A stretch of DNA of 64,000 nucleotides from Escherichia coli (GTDB lineage Bacteria > Pseudomonadota > Gammaproteobacteria > Enterobacterales > Enterobacteriaceae), in assembly GCF_003991155.1 (NCBI RefSeq), contig NZ_CP031293.1; one strand, 5' to 3'. The position numbers and the translations under genes are program-made. Each line of letters starts with the position of its first letter. Position 1 is the stretch's first letter. This document shows, piece after piece, positions 10,282 to 21,098 of this stretch. The notes beneath the pieces are model-generated. The model was not told the origin of the DNA and did not search any database. It was given only the letters and a program-made list of their open reading frames with translations.

Positions 10282-10959
10282 CTATTTTCCGATAAATTCA
10301 ACGCTGGCACTGGTGGCATTACCGTCAGCACCAACCGTGACGGTCACTTTGTCGTACGCACGGTCTTCAGGATTGAATACTTCAAACTCAACCTTATTGC
10401 CTTTTACTTCGTAAGAGCCAAAATCAGCGGTTTCTGTTGTTTCCTCGTCATATTCCCGGGCGTATGCCTGCCGGGCAGCCTGCAGGACGGAGTCTTTATT
10501 AATAGTGGTCGTCTGTTTCGGGGAAAAACCGGCAAGTGATGTGACAAATTTCGGACAGACCTTCAGCATATCACCGCGGGTGAATTCCATTCGTACACCA
10601 AATGCCTGTAAAACGGACACATCACGCTCTGCTATGGAGTGAACGGCTTTTTTGACCATTTCCGGCGCCTGTCCGATTTCCACCTCAACAGCCCTGAATC
10701 CCGTCTGCTGATTACACATTTGTGATGTGGGGATCAGGTTACCGTTAATACTGATACGGCTGCCCAGGAGCGTCTGTACGCCATTCGGGCATCCCTGCAT
10801 CAGGCCGGTAATACCAATCGTGCCATTTTTCAGCATTACCAGCGCCTGACCATCTTCCGTCATGGTCTGACACCAGCCGTTTTTGACAGCCCAGTTGCCG
10901 GCGGAGGCGGAGAATGATGCCACAGTGAACAGCAGGGGAAAAAGAGCTCTGGTATTCAT
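10282..10959 (-). CDS. Secreted hypothetical protein (signal peptide, ~225 aa)
   Basis: ORF 10282..11064 trimmed to the internal Met preceding [20 protein letters not shown] (typical signal peptide). Confidence 0.5.
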   Translation of the reverse strand: MNTRALFPLLFTVASFSASAGNWAVKNGWCQTMTEDGQALVMLKNGTIGITGLMQGCPNGVQTLLGSRISINGNLIPTSQMCNQQTGFRAVEVEIGQAPEMVKKAVHSIAERDVSVLQAFGVRMEFTRGDMLKVCPKFVTSLAGFSPKQTTTINKDSVLQAARQAYAREYDEETTETADFGSYEVKGNKVEFEVFNPEDRAYDKVTVTVGADGNATSASVEFIGK

Positions 10960-11106
10960 GACTGACCTCTGAAATGAACGTACGGTGTTATTGATAATGA
11001 TGGAAGGTATGCAGTGACTGTTCAGGGAATGACGTAGCCGTATATTTAGTTTTCTGTTCAACATATTGTCTCCATACCTGTCGGGACGGCTTTGGCAGGC
11101 CGGCGA

Positions 11107-11787
11107 TCACAGGTTAAAGGTGTTGATAAGTTTATGGATGAAAGAGAAATGTGGCAGGGCGGAGATAAAACGCTCTTCAGCGACCAGACTGTGGATGTGG
11201 CCTCTCCGTTCAAACCGTTCTGATGTCAGGCTGACTGATTTGATATCTGCCAGAGGAAAGACCTGCAGTTTTCCCTTCTGTAACGCGATCAGATACCAGC
11301 TACCGCTGTAATAAATGAGCCGGCAGGGCTCCAGTGACGGATACCATCGCTCAGTCATCAGAGAGATGTGGATACACTGTCTTATTGCCAGGATGAGTTG
11401 CGAGAAACACTCGGGGAACGTTGCAGTGATATTCGGCGCCGGTAGCCAGATAAGGCAGGGAGAGGGCTCCTGGTTGTCGGTAAGACAGGTTATCAGTCGT
11501 CCGTTCCGGAGCGGAAGTATCCGTGCGATCCCGGTATTCTGTATAAAAGAAAGCATTTCAGGGATCGCACCTGGGCTGCTCTGTCGTCTGAGGCTGTACC
11601 TGCCATTTCTGTACTCTAAATCCAGGTGAACCAGACGCTGATGAAAATCGCGCTGTAAAGTACGTTCTGTAACGCCAAATTCATCTGACAGTGTTTTTAG
11701 TGACAGAGATTCTCCGGCCATCAGTCGGCTGATAATGAGTGATAAGCGAACCGCCAGGCGATCATGCCGGGAACGATTATCAGACAT
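11107..11787 (-). CDS. WYL-domain transcriptional regulator (YfjR-like, DeoR-type HTH)
   Basis: 226 aa; N-terminal HTH (LKTLSDEFGVTERTLQRDF); position next to the YfjP-like GTPase. Confidence 0.65.
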   Translation of the reverse strand: MSDNRSRHDRLAVRLSLIISRLMAGESLSLKTLSDEFGVTERTLQRDFHQRLVHLDLEYRNGRYSLRRQSSPGAIPEMLSFIQNTGIARILPLRNGRLITCLTDNQEPSPCLIWLPAPNITATFPECFSQLILAIRQCIHISLMTERWYPSLEPCRLIYYSGSWYLIALQKGKLQVFPLADIKSVSLTSERFERRGHIHSLVAEERFISALPHFSFIHKLINTFNL

Positions 11788-11989
11788 AGATGTGCACTCC
11801 GTAAGAAAACATCTTTTATTTCATGATGTTATTATGCCTCATGGTGTTGAAAGGATGTGTCGTATCTGAATAATCAGGAATAAAATGCAGCAGAAAAAAT
11901 ATTCCTTTAATTATCTGATTTTTAATGATGATTTCATAAAAAGAAGAATACTCATTAATCCAGCGACACATCCTGTCGGCGTGAGTGTG

Positions 11990-12874
11990 TCAGAACAGAC
12001 GATCCCACAGTGTTTCCAGCAGGCGGATAATGCGGTCCCGGGCTTTACGCAGAAGCTGTAACATCCAGACCGGAAAAGTGAACCGGGCAACGGCGTCGTC
12101 AAAACTTTTCCCGATGGCGTCACCAAAAGTCTGTTGTGCGTGTTTCTGGGCCTGTTCAGAGCGGTTTTCCCCCCGGATATGTGAATAAACCGCACTGGTT
12201 GCCTGCGGTGGCAGGGCGTGGATCATCAGCGACACAAACGCCGGAAGATTCCAGCCGACAGGCGCAGCAACGGGGAGTACCGGAAATGATGACGGGAACA
12301 GGGTTGCCACCCTGGCTGTAACAGTTGCCAGTGAGAGTTCCTGGTGACGGGATGGGCATTTTTCTGTGGCATTCCATTCTTCAGCAGGAAACACGCGATC
12401 GGCATGGCTGAGAACAAACAGAAAACGCGAGGGATCTGCACCTTCATTCAGTAAAAACTGATGCATGGCAATATCGGCAGCATACGCACGTTCATCAGCC
12501 CGCAGGATCCAGATAATCAGATCCAGTTCCGGCAGTAACTGACGGTAAAGCTCCCGGTATTCCTGATCATGCTGCGGTGTCTCACCAATGCCGGGCAGAT
12601 CGACCAGCGTCATTCTGCGTTCACCAATCTGCAGGGTGAGGCGATGAGCCTGGCGGGTGCAGCCGTTCAGGGGATGCGTGGCGCAGATACGGGACTGAAA
12701 AATGGCATTACACAGACTGCTTTTGCCGGAGCCGGATTTACCCATAATGCCAATCACGGGCTCGTAATGAATAACACCGTGGAGATGTTCAAGGATTTTC
12801 TGGCGAATTTCTTCAGGAAGAAACGTCAGATATGATTTCACTTGCGCGGAGAGGGAAGAATTGCTGAATGGCAT
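11990..12874 (-). CDS. YfjP/YkfA-like GTPase
   Basis: 294 aa; P-loop GIMGKSGSGKSS and DLPG motif. Confidence 0.8.
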   Translation of the reverse strand: MPFSNSSLSAQVKSYLTFLPEEIRQKILEHLHGVIHYEPVIGIMGKSGSGKSSLCNAIFQSRICATHPLNGCTRQAHRLTLQIGERRMTLVDLPGIGETPQHDQEYRELYRQLLPELDLIIWILRADERAYAADIAMHQFLLNEGADPSRFLFVLSHADRVFPAEEWNATEKCPSRHQELSLATVTARVATLFPSSFPVLPVAAPVGWNLPAFVSLMIHALPPQATSAVYSHIRGENRSEQAQKHAQQTFGDAIGKSFDDAVARFTFPVWMLQLLRKARDRIIRLLETLWDRLF

Positions 12875-12974
12875 ACCGGTATCCTGTTGATTTCACTGAA
12901 CCGGATCACACTAATCCGGTTTATCATTCAGGTAATATGGGTGTGAAAATTTTTCCATTGACGGGAAGAAGAGT

Positions 12975-14198
12975 ATGGCTAAAAACAAAGGTATCTGTCG
13001 GAATAAAAAATGCAGTAATCCTGTTTCAGAATTTGATGAGGCAAATGCCTTAAGGTTATGCGATGATCATTATAAGCTATGGAAGCGAAATAAAGAGAAT
13101 CGTCGGGTCAGGAATATTTGTCGTATAATTAGTAGATATGACAAAAGTCTGGACTGGGAGATATTTTATAGAGTAAGAGATGCTGCAAAAAATAAAACGG
13201 GAAAGAGAATTATTGAGGACGCAAAAATATTACATCAATGGCGTGCTTCAAAGCAAGTAAGAAAAAGTTTTCACAAGGGTGTGCTTCGGTCACGGGAATG
13301 GCTTAATACACAGGAGTTACTGAGCAGAAAACATATATCTGTTACAGGTGAACTATTTAAATTTTACATAAAAGATATTATCAGATTATATTGCTATAAG
13401 TTTCTCTACAGCAGAGAATATCTTAATGAAAACGCATACAAAAAACGATATCAGAGAGATATTCACCCCAGAAAAGTTAATGTTCCGATACTGCAACTTG
13501 AAGTTGCATGGATAAATAATAATTGCCGCTCAAGTGATTCAAGCACTGATATTATTATCCTTCCGAGGATGATAAGAAGAATGGTTGTATTTAATTATAC
13601 GAAGATAAATAAACAATTAGAGAAAGTGTTGGGGGGGATAGCACGAAAACAAACCTCAGAAAGGAATAAAGGCGGTCTCTATACCAGAATAAAAAAAGAA
13701 AGTGACTTTCTTTCTATGGATAGATTTATGGTGGAAATAGAAAATATCATAAGACCTGAAAGGTTTCCTACATCAATTTATCCAGTCTTTTCACATTCAT
13801 TTATTGAACGAGAGCTTCCGCTACTGAATCTTGCCCGATCACAGTATAAAAGAGCAATAAGTAAAAGAGTGGCGAATTCAATTTTTTATACTTTGCAAAA
13901 AACTAACGTGGCATTATGGCTATATCTTGAAATGTTTGCTCTGGTGGCATTCATTAAACTGTATACAGGAAAAGGTTTTGAATTCATAAAGAACATGTGT
14001 GTATTTATCGATTATGAGAAAGGGATAATAAAATCCACACATGAAGAACTGCTGGGTGAAATTAAGCGTAACATTCAAGTGAATTTGAAGGTGAATCCTG
14101 ATAATTTTCCAGAGTTAATAGACATATACAATTCATGCTTTAGTGAAAATATATTGTCATATGATATTCAGGATGGTAATTTTAAATGGCGCTCATGA
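12975..14198 (+). CDS. Orphan hypothetical protein, 407 aa, AT-rich, lysine/arginine-rich with N-terminal Cys/His cluster
   Basis: Long uninterrupted ORF in strongly AT-rich DNA, divergent from the GTPase gene; no family recognised. Confidence 0.6.
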   Translation: MAKNKGICRNKKCSNPVSEFDEANALRLCDDHYKLWKRNKENRRVRNICRIISRYDKSLDWEIFYRVRDAAKNKTGKRIIEDAKILHQWRASKQVRKSFHKGVLRSREWLNTQELLSRKHISVTGELFKFYIKDIIRLYCYKFLYSREYLNENAYKKRYQRDIHPRKVNVPILQLEVAWINNNCRSSDSSTDIIILPRMIRRMVVFNYTKINKQLEKVLGGIARKQTSERNKGGLYTRIKKESDFLSMDRFMVEIENIIRPERFPTSIYPVFSHSFIERELPLLNLARSQYKRAISKRVANSIFYTLQKTNVALWLYLEMFALVAFIKLYTGKGFEFIKNMCVFIDYEKGIIKSTHEELLGEIKRNIQVNLKVNPDNFPELIDIYNSCFSENILSYDIQDGNFKWRS

Positions 14199-15434
14199 TG
14201 TAAAAATATTAATTTCACATTACATATTAATTATTCACAAAAAACATATAATTAATTTCAATGAGTTACATATAAAAATGTTGATGATTAGCCAGCTTAG
14301 TATGGTTATGCAATGTGATGCTTAACGCTTACAGATAATAACACATTCATATGAGCTATATATCATAATATTCAATAATCATGATATGCTAATCTGATTA
14401 TGGATAAAAATTACTGAATGACGCCATATTATGATTGGCAGTGTTTCCTGTATACGATGACTTATCTCTCCCGCATCATATGGGGGCACGTTTCTTAGGA
14501 AAAGTGACGGGGTTACAGAAGCCAATTACGATAGTTTGTTGTAGAGTTATCACGAGTTTTTGTTGTTCTGAAGACGGAATCAAAAAAATAATTCCAGAGT
14601 AAACCTGTCTGTTTTTTGACCAGTAAAGATCCATGCTGGCCGTGAAAAACTGAAATCAACACTCAGTCTGCATGGATGTCTGAAGATATTGAGAATGTCG
14701 GGAATGGTACTATATACGTATTATACAGACATATCTTCACTAAGTGTTATACACGCATTTTCATAAACAATTCTACAAGTGTTTTCATTAAGCATTGCTG
14801 TACACATTGTTTGATCTGATACACATCCAGTTTAGTAAATCTTTACGTTAGCTAAAATCAGTTTAAAGCTGCTACAAAACAATTTTTCTTGTTTAAGTAA
14901 TCAGGATGATATTCTATTTTTCTGAAGTTACGTTTAACCTTTTCTTAGTTTTTGTGTTTTTAGTCGTTAACCTGAGACAAGTGTCTTTATGTAAAAACGC
15001 AAATCCGGCTGAGATAACCTGGCGTGATTTACTGTGTGCTTACGATGATTTTGTTAAATGGTTTTATGGATGATTTTGTAACGATGAGATTGATGAGATG
15101 ATTAACTGGCCCTGGTGTTTTTTCTCAGCGCAAGACTCTTTTCAGGAAAAGCGTGATGATTGGTTCTGGTGTTTTGATTCAGATGAGGTTTACGTTATCG
15201 ATGGTTAACCGTTTTTATGGAGCGTAGTTAAAAGTAACGTTTTCAGTATAAGAAAATCGATTCTGATGTTGGTGGTTTTTGTTCTTGGGGCGGGGGTGTC
15301 TGTAAACAGGTTTTAATCGCGCTGTTCGGCTCTGTGATTGAGTTGTGTGGTTAAGCTGTAGGTGTGGTGTGATCTTACACAGCAATAGTGGACACGCGGC
15401 TAAGTGAGTAAACTCTCAGTCAGAGGTGACTCAC

Positions 15435-15734
15435 ATGACAAAAACAGTATCAACCAGTAAAAAACCCCGTAAACAGCATTCGCCTGAATTTCGCAGTGAA
15501 GCCCTGAAGCTTGCTGAACGCATCGGTGTTACTGCCGCAGCCCGTGAACTCAGCCTGTATGAATCACAGCTCTACAACTGGCGCAGTAAACAGCAAAATC
15601 AGCAGACGTCTTCTGAACGTGAACTGGAGATGTCTACCGAGATTGCACGTCTCAAACGCCAGCTGGCAGAACGGGATGAAGAGCTGGCTATCCTCCAAAA
15701 GGCCGCGACATACTTCGCGAAGCGCCTGAAATGA
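15435..15734 (+). CDS. insE: IS3 transposase OrfA
   Basis: [29 protein letters not shown]... matches IS3 OrfA; ORF-track start 15426 is an upstream GTG. Confidence 0.85.
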   Translation: MTKTVSTSKKPRKQHSPEFRSEALKLAERIGVTAAARELSLYESQLYNWRSKQQNQQTSSERELEMSTEIARLKRQLAERDEELAILQKAATYFAKRLK

Positions 15735-16597
15735 AGTATGTCTTTATTGAAAAACATCAGGCTGAGTTCAGCATCAAAGCAATGTGCCGCGTGCTCCGGG
15801 TGGCCCGCAGCGGCTGGTATACGTGGTGTCAGCGGCGGACAAGGATAAGCACGCGTCAGCAGTTCCGCCAACACTGCGACAGCGTTGTCCTCGCGGCTTT
15901 TACCCGGTCAAAACAGCGTTACGGTGCCCCACGCCTGACGGATGAACTGCGTGCTCAGGGTTACCCCTTTAACGTAAAAACCGTGGCGGCAAGCCTGCGC
16001 CGTCAGGGACTGAGGGCAAAGGCCTCCCGGAAGTTCAGCCCGGTCAGCTACCGCGCACACGGCCTGCCTGTGTCAGAAAATCTGTTGGAGCAGGATTTTT
16101 ACGCCAGTGGCCCGAACCAGAAGTGGGCAGGAGACATCACGTACTTACGTACAGATGAAGGCTGGCTGTATCTGGCAGTGGTCATTGACCTGTGGTCACG
16201 TGCCGTTATTGGCTGGTCAATGTCGCCACGCATGACGGCGCAACTGGCCTGCGATGCCCTGCAGATGGCGCTGTGGCGGCGTAAGAGGCCCCGGAACGTT
16301 ATCGTTCACACGGACCGTGGAGGCCAGTACTGTTCAGCAGATTATCAGGCGCAACTGAAGCGGCATAATCTGCGTGGAAGTATGAGCGCAAAAGGTTGCT
16401 GCTACGATAATGCCTGCGTGGAAAGCTTCTTTCATTCGCTGAAAGTGGAATGTATCCATGGAGAACACTTTATCAGCCGGGAAATAATGCGGGTAACGGT
16501 GTTTAATTATATCGAATGTGATTACAATCGGTGGCGGCGGCACAGTTGGTGTGGCGGCCTCAGTCCGGAACAATTTGAAAACAAGAACCTCGCTTAG
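15731..16597 (+). CDS. insF: IS3 transposase OrfB (DDE integrase domain; made as OrfAB fusion by -1 frameshift)
   Basis: 288 aa with DDE motif region (…HTDRGGQY…CYDNA…). Confidence 0.85.
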   Translation: MKYVFIEKHQAEFSIKAMCRVLRVARSGWYTWCQRRTRISTRQQFRQHCDSVVLAAFTRSKQRYGAPRLTDELRAQGYPFNVKTVAASLRRQGLRAKASRKFSPVSYRAHGLPVSENLLEQDFYASGPNQKWAGDITYLRTDEGWLYLAVVIDLWSRAVIGWSMSPRMTAQLACDALQMALWRRKRPRNVIVHTDRGGQYCSADYQAQLKRHNLRGSMSAKGCCYDNACVESFFHSLKVECIHGEHFISREIMRVTVFNYIECDYNRWRRHSWCGGLSPEQFENKNLA

Positions 16598-16911
16598 GCC
16601 TGTGTCCATATTACGTGGGTAGGATCAGTGTTGCTGTTGATTTACAGCGCCAGAAAGCGTTCTGATTGCGTTTCTGACGTTTTGTTTGCGCGTTCTGTTG
16701 ATCCGTTTCCCTTCAGGCTTTGTAGTTTTTAAAAAACATTTATGCCGTTGTTGTGTGTTTTACTCTGCGTGTAGGTTTATTTTTTCTTCGTGGGGGATTC
16801 ATTCTGTTTTAATCAGGAGCCATTGGCGTTGCTCAATGGCGGGATGCCGTAAAGTTTTACCGCAGTGATTAATGATGTGAAGTCAATCCAAATCAACGGA
16901 GATCTCTCATC

Positions 16912-17643
16912 ATGAATCAACCAATACACAATGCTTACTGGTTATCCCGTTTTGAAAGTATTCTCAACAGTGCCCTGGCGCAACACCGTGCCGTCTCGTT
17001 AATCCGGGTGGATTTACGTTTCCCTGAGTATATGCCTGTCACCATCATGGATCCCGATCCGGATTCAGCGGTGATTTCCCGTTTTTTCGCATCCCTGAAA
17101 GCCAAAATTCAGGCTTACCAGCGGAAAAAAAGATGGGCCAATCAGCGTGTGCATGCAACCAGCCTGCGTTATTTCTGGTGCCGGGAGTTCGGCAAGATGT
17201 ATGGCAGGAAACATTATCACGTGATATTACTGCTCAACAAAGATACCTGGTGCTCGCTCGGGGATTTCAGCGAACCGTCTTCGCTGGCGACGATGATCCA
17301 GGAGGCATGGTGCAGCGCCCTGCATCTTGAGCCCTGGCAAGGCGATGGCCTGGTCCATTTTTCCAGGTGGACGCCTTCCCGTAAACCGACATCGTCTGAT
17401 GCTCGCCCTTCTTCCGATGACACGCCTTTGTCGGGTGGATGTTCTGATACCAGGAAGGCTTCAGACAAAAAGCCAGGTGAAGCCGCTGTGCTCTGGATCA
17501 AGCGTGGTGATGTGGAAGCGCTGCAGAAAGCCCGGAACAGAGCCAGTTATCTCGTGAAATATGAGACGAAGCAGCATGACGGTTCCGGGCAACGTAATTA
17601 TGGTTGCAGTCGTGGGCCGGGGCGTCTACTGGATGGCAGGTGA
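16912..17643 (+). CDS. YagK/YfjJ-family protein (inovirus Gp2-like domain)
   Basis: 243 aa; …SLIRVDLRFPEY… and …HYHVILLL… motifs typical of the family. Confidence 0.55.
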   Translation: MNQPIHNAYWLSRFESILNSALAQHRAVSLIRVDLRFPEYMPVTIMDPDPDSAVISRFFASLKAKIQAYQRKKRWANQRVHATSLRYFWCREFGKMYGRKHYHVILLLNKDTWCSLGDFSEPSSLATMIQEAWCSALHLEPWQGDGLVHFSRWTPSRKPTSSDARPSSDDTPLSGGCSDTRKASDKKPGEAAVLWIKRGDVEALQKARNRASYLVKYETKQHDGSGQRNYGCSRGPGRLLDGR

Positions 17644-18163
17644 ACCCGGTAAAACAGCATCCGGTGCCTGAGCGTATACCACGGTCAGGACGTTGGCTGA
17701 CGCCCTTAGCTCGTTTTCTGATAATCGCCCTGAAGTCATGAAACGGTATTTTTATCTGCTTCCATTCTCATGTTCATATTTCCCCTTACACTTTCACTGT
17801 CTGTCATTGGAAGTACCGATTTATTTTGGTGCTGCTCACTTACTGCCATTCACGGAAGAGGATAGTGGTGAACCGTACGATCCTGACTGCTGGCGAGGGA
17901 AGGTTCAGAACTGGTATGAGGTTTAGTGCTGGAAGATGACTTTGAATCCCGGACTGAGCAGTGAGGGGGCAGTGGGAGGATGCTCTGGTGTAACAGGCCT
18001 GGATTGCAAAATACAAAACCGGTTGTACACTCGTAACGGGCAAAAGGATACGGGCAATAACACGTGGTACCCGGTGAGACAGGATCTTGTATCGCATTAC
18101 CGGGAATATTCTGACAGGTGAAATGTTCTGATAAGAATCATCCTGAGGGAGGATACAACGGAT

Positions 18164-18616
18164 ATGCACGTTATTAACAGCGGCATTCGTGATGTGAAAT
18201 TTGGTGAAAATGTGAAAGTCGTCATGCCAGTAAACCTCTATGAATGTGAACTGGGGGATGATGTTTTTATCGGTCCCTTTGTGGAAATACAGAAGGGATG
18301 CATCATTGGCAAGCGGAGCCGAATTCAGTCCCACAGTTTCATCTGTGAGAACGTCATTTTAGGTGATGGCTGTTTCATCGGTCATGGCGTAACTTTTGCT
18401 AATGATCTTTTTAAGTGTGGTGGTCCCGATGCCTCTGCAGAAAGCTGGATACGTATCGTATTAGGTAACACTGTAACAGTGGGTAGCGGAGCGACTATTT
18501 TAACAACAGAAATTTGCAGTGGAGCAGTGATTGGGGCTGGTAGTGTGGTTACAAAGCCCGTGCTGGTAAAAGGCGTGTATGCCGGTAATCCAGCCAGACT
18601 TTTGAGAACGCTTTAA
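18164..18616 (+). CDS. Hexapeptide-repeat (left-handed beta-helix) acetyltransferase
   Basis: 150 aa with repeated [LIV]G..[LIV] hexapeptide pattern. Confidence 0.65.
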   Translation: MHVINSGIRDVKFGENVKVVMPVNLYECELGDDVFIGPFVEIQKGCIIGKRSRIQSHSFICENVILGDGCFIGHGVTFANDLFKCGGPDASAESWIRIVLGNTVTVGSGATILTTEICSGAVIGAGSVVTKPVLVKGVYAGNPARLLRTL

Positions 18617-19151
18617 TTATTATATTTACAAATCGTAAGCCAGAATTGACTCCAGACCATTATGTGCCTTATTCACCATGAGTGAAATGCGGGATGAGCC
18701 TGCAAGTTAAGAGGATATCGGAAACCAGCAACCAGGGCAGTGAGAGCGCTGTCGGGGTCATTGATATCTCCGAAGGGAAGCCCTGGTATAAGGTGTTTGC
18801 ATAAAATTATTAAACAGGCTCATTTTTAGCGATCCTCATGAAATTCATCGTAACATCCTGAATATCTTATGGTGTTTCCTGTCATCTCCGGTATTTATTC
18901 CGTTCATGCAAATAACCTGATGAAACAGGGCAACGCCATAAAACCGGATAAGGACAACATGGATTAACGATAAAAATTGTGATCCTGTTTTCATTTTTCA
19001 CTTTTTGATTCTGGACTGGTATTTACATTTCTAAAAACAGGCATAAAGTGAACACATGTTTGATTTTGAATATATGTTCAACTCTATCTGCGTGGTCGAA
19101 TAGAAATACAGATTTATTATTTTTGTGTTTTTAAATGTCAGGAGATGTGCC

Positions 19152-20087
19152 ATGTGTGATAAGGAATACATCATCACAATTGGCTCTGCCAATATAGATA
19201 TAGCCGGATATTCGTATGCCTCCTTAAATTATGCTGATTCTAACCCGGGGAAGATTAAATTCACGCCCGGAGGTGTGGGGCGTAATATTGCACATAATCT
19301 TGCTCTGCTGGGTAAAAAATCATGGCTGATGTCAGCTGTGGGAGATGATTTCTACGGGCAATCATTATTAGCACAAACGACTCAGTCCGGCGTTAATGTT
19401 GATAAATGTCTGATTGTTAATGGAGAAAATACCTCAAGTTATTTATCACTTCTCGATAAAACCGGTGAAATGTTGGTGGCAATAAATGACATGACGATTA
19501 GTGAACATATTTCAGCTGAGTTTTTATCACAGCATATTGATTTTATTCAGGGAGCGAAGGTTATTGTTGCAGACTGTAATATCAGTGAGTCAACACTTGT
19601 CTGGCTACTGAATAATGCAGGTAAGGTTCCGGTATTTGTTGACCCGGTATCTGCATGGAAGTGTGTCAAAATTCGTGAACATTTAGCACAAATTCATACT
19701 CTCAAGCCCAACCGGCTTGAAGCAGAAACACTCAGTGGTATTTCGCTTTCAGATCGGAATGATGCTGAAAAAGTGGCGGTATGGTTCCATACACATGGTC
19801 TGAATCGCCTTGTGCTCAGCATGGGGGGGGATGGAGTTTATTACAGCGAACTGTACGGAGCCAGCGGCTGGTCGCCGCCAGTAAAAACACAGGTGGTGAA
19901 CGTTACGGGGGCAGGGGATGCCATGATGGCAGGGCTGGCTTCCTGCTGGGTTGATAATATGCCATTTATTGATTCCATTCGATTTGCACAGGGGTGTTCA
20001 TCAATGGCGCTGGCCAGTGAGTATACCAATAATCCTGAATTATCTGTTGCTAACGTTAAAAGCTTAGTGGAGAAACAGAATGTCTGA
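19152..20087 (+). CDS. PfkB-family kinase, pseudouridine kinase (PsuK/YeiC)-like
   Basis: ORF 19125..20087 trimmed to Met10 after an AGGAGA ribosome-binding site; PfkB motifs GGVGRNIA and GAGDA. Confidence 0.75.
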   Translation: MCDKEYIITIGSANIDIAGYSYASLNYADSNPGKIKFTPGGVGRNIAHNLALLGKKSWLMSAVGDDFYGQSLLAQTTQSGVNVDKCLIVNGENTSSYLSLLDKTGEMLVAINDMTISEHISAEFLSQHIDFIQGAKVIVADCNISESTLVWLLNNAGKVPVFVDPVSAWKCVKIREHLAQIHTLKPNRLEAETLSGISLSDRNDAEKVAVWFHTHGLNRLVLSMGGDGVYYSELYGASGWSPPVKTQVVNVTGAGDAMMAGLASCWVDNMPFIDSIRFAQGCSSMALASEYTNNPELSVANVKSLVEKQNV

Positions 20088-21015
20088 AATAACCATTTCT
20101 TCTGAATTACTGCAAATTTCACCGGAAGTACAGGATGCCATTAACAGTAAAAAACCTGTTGTTGCTCTCGAGTCAACAATTATCTCACATGGTATGCCTT
20201 TTCCTCAGAATGCTCAGACGGCTATTGAAGTCGAAGAAACTATACGTAAACACGGAGCAGTACCAGCCACCATTGCCGTTATTGGCGGTGTAATGAAAGT
20301 CGGGTTAAGTAAAGATGAGATTGAATTACTGGGTCGCGAAGGACATAACGTTACCAAAGTCAGTCGCCGGGATTTACCTTTCGTTATTGCTGAAGGAAAA
20401 CATGGTGCAACAACGGTAGCTTCAACCATGATTATTGCTGCTCTTGCCGGAATTAAAGTTTTTGCCACAGGAGGAATTGGCGGCGTTCATCGCGGTGCAG
20501 AACACACTTTTGATATTTCAGCCGACCTACAGGAACTGGCACATACTAATGTCACCGTGGTTTGTGCAGGCGCGAAATCCATTCTCGATTTAGGGTTAAC
20601 CACGGAATATTTAGAAACATTTGGTGTACCTTTAATTGGCTATCAGACAAGATCATTGCCGGCATTTTTTTGCCGCACCAGTCCGTTTGAGGTCAGTATA
20701 CGTCTGGACAGTGCAAAAGAGATTGCCCGCGCGATGGCAGTGAAATGGCAAACCGGCCTGAACGGTGGTCTGGTTGTTGCCAATCCGATTCCGGAAGCTT
20801 ACGCCATGGCGGAAGAGAAAATTAATGCAGCAATTGACCAGGCCGTAAAAGAAGCGGAAGTGCAGGGCATTACCGGTAAAGAAAGCACACCGTTCCTGCT
20901 GGCACGGGTGGCAGAATTAACCGGTGGTGACAGTCTGAAATCAAATATTCAGCTGGTATTCAACAACGCAGTTCTGGCCTGTGAGATAGCAAAAGAATAT
21001 CAACAAATTGTCTGA
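20080..21015 (+). CDS. Pseudouridine-5'-phosphate glycosidase (PsuG/YeiN, IndA family)-like
   Basis: 311 aa, collinear with PsuG; start overlaps the upstream kinase stop. Confidence 0.8.
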   Translation: MSEITISSELLQISPEVQDAINSKKPVVALESTIISHGMPFPQNAQTAIEVEETIRKHGAVPATIAVIGGVMKVGLSKDEIELLGREGHNVTKVSRRDLPFVIAEGKHGATTVASTMIIAALAGIKVFATGGIGGVHRGAEHTFDISADLQELAHTNVTVVCAGAKSILDLGLTTEYLETFGVPLIGYQTRSLPAFFCRTSPFEVSIRLDSAKEIARAMAVKWQTGLNGGLVVANPIPEAYAMAEEKINAAIDQAVKEAEVQGITGKESTPFLLARVAELTGGDSLKSNIQLVFNNAVLACEIAKEYQQIV

Positions 21016-21098
21016 TATAAATGAACGGGCAGTGTGAGGTCGCCCGAAATTACCTGAACCAGATTCCGTGTCTGGTTCAGGTATAAGGGGAGAGCATT

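Larger units (their letters stand above)
15370..16627 (+). mobile_element. IS3 insertion sequence, complete (1258 bp), flanked by 3-bp GTG target-site duplication
   Basis: Ends TGATCTTAC...GTAGGATCA match IS3 inverted repeats; orfA/orfB present; GTG at 15367-15369 and 16628-16630. Confidence 0.9.

Noticed and set aside
17840-18334. 164-aa minus-strand ORF overlapping the acetyltransferase gene
   Set aside because: Overlaps a recognisable hexapeptide acetyltransferase on the other strand; no family resemblance.
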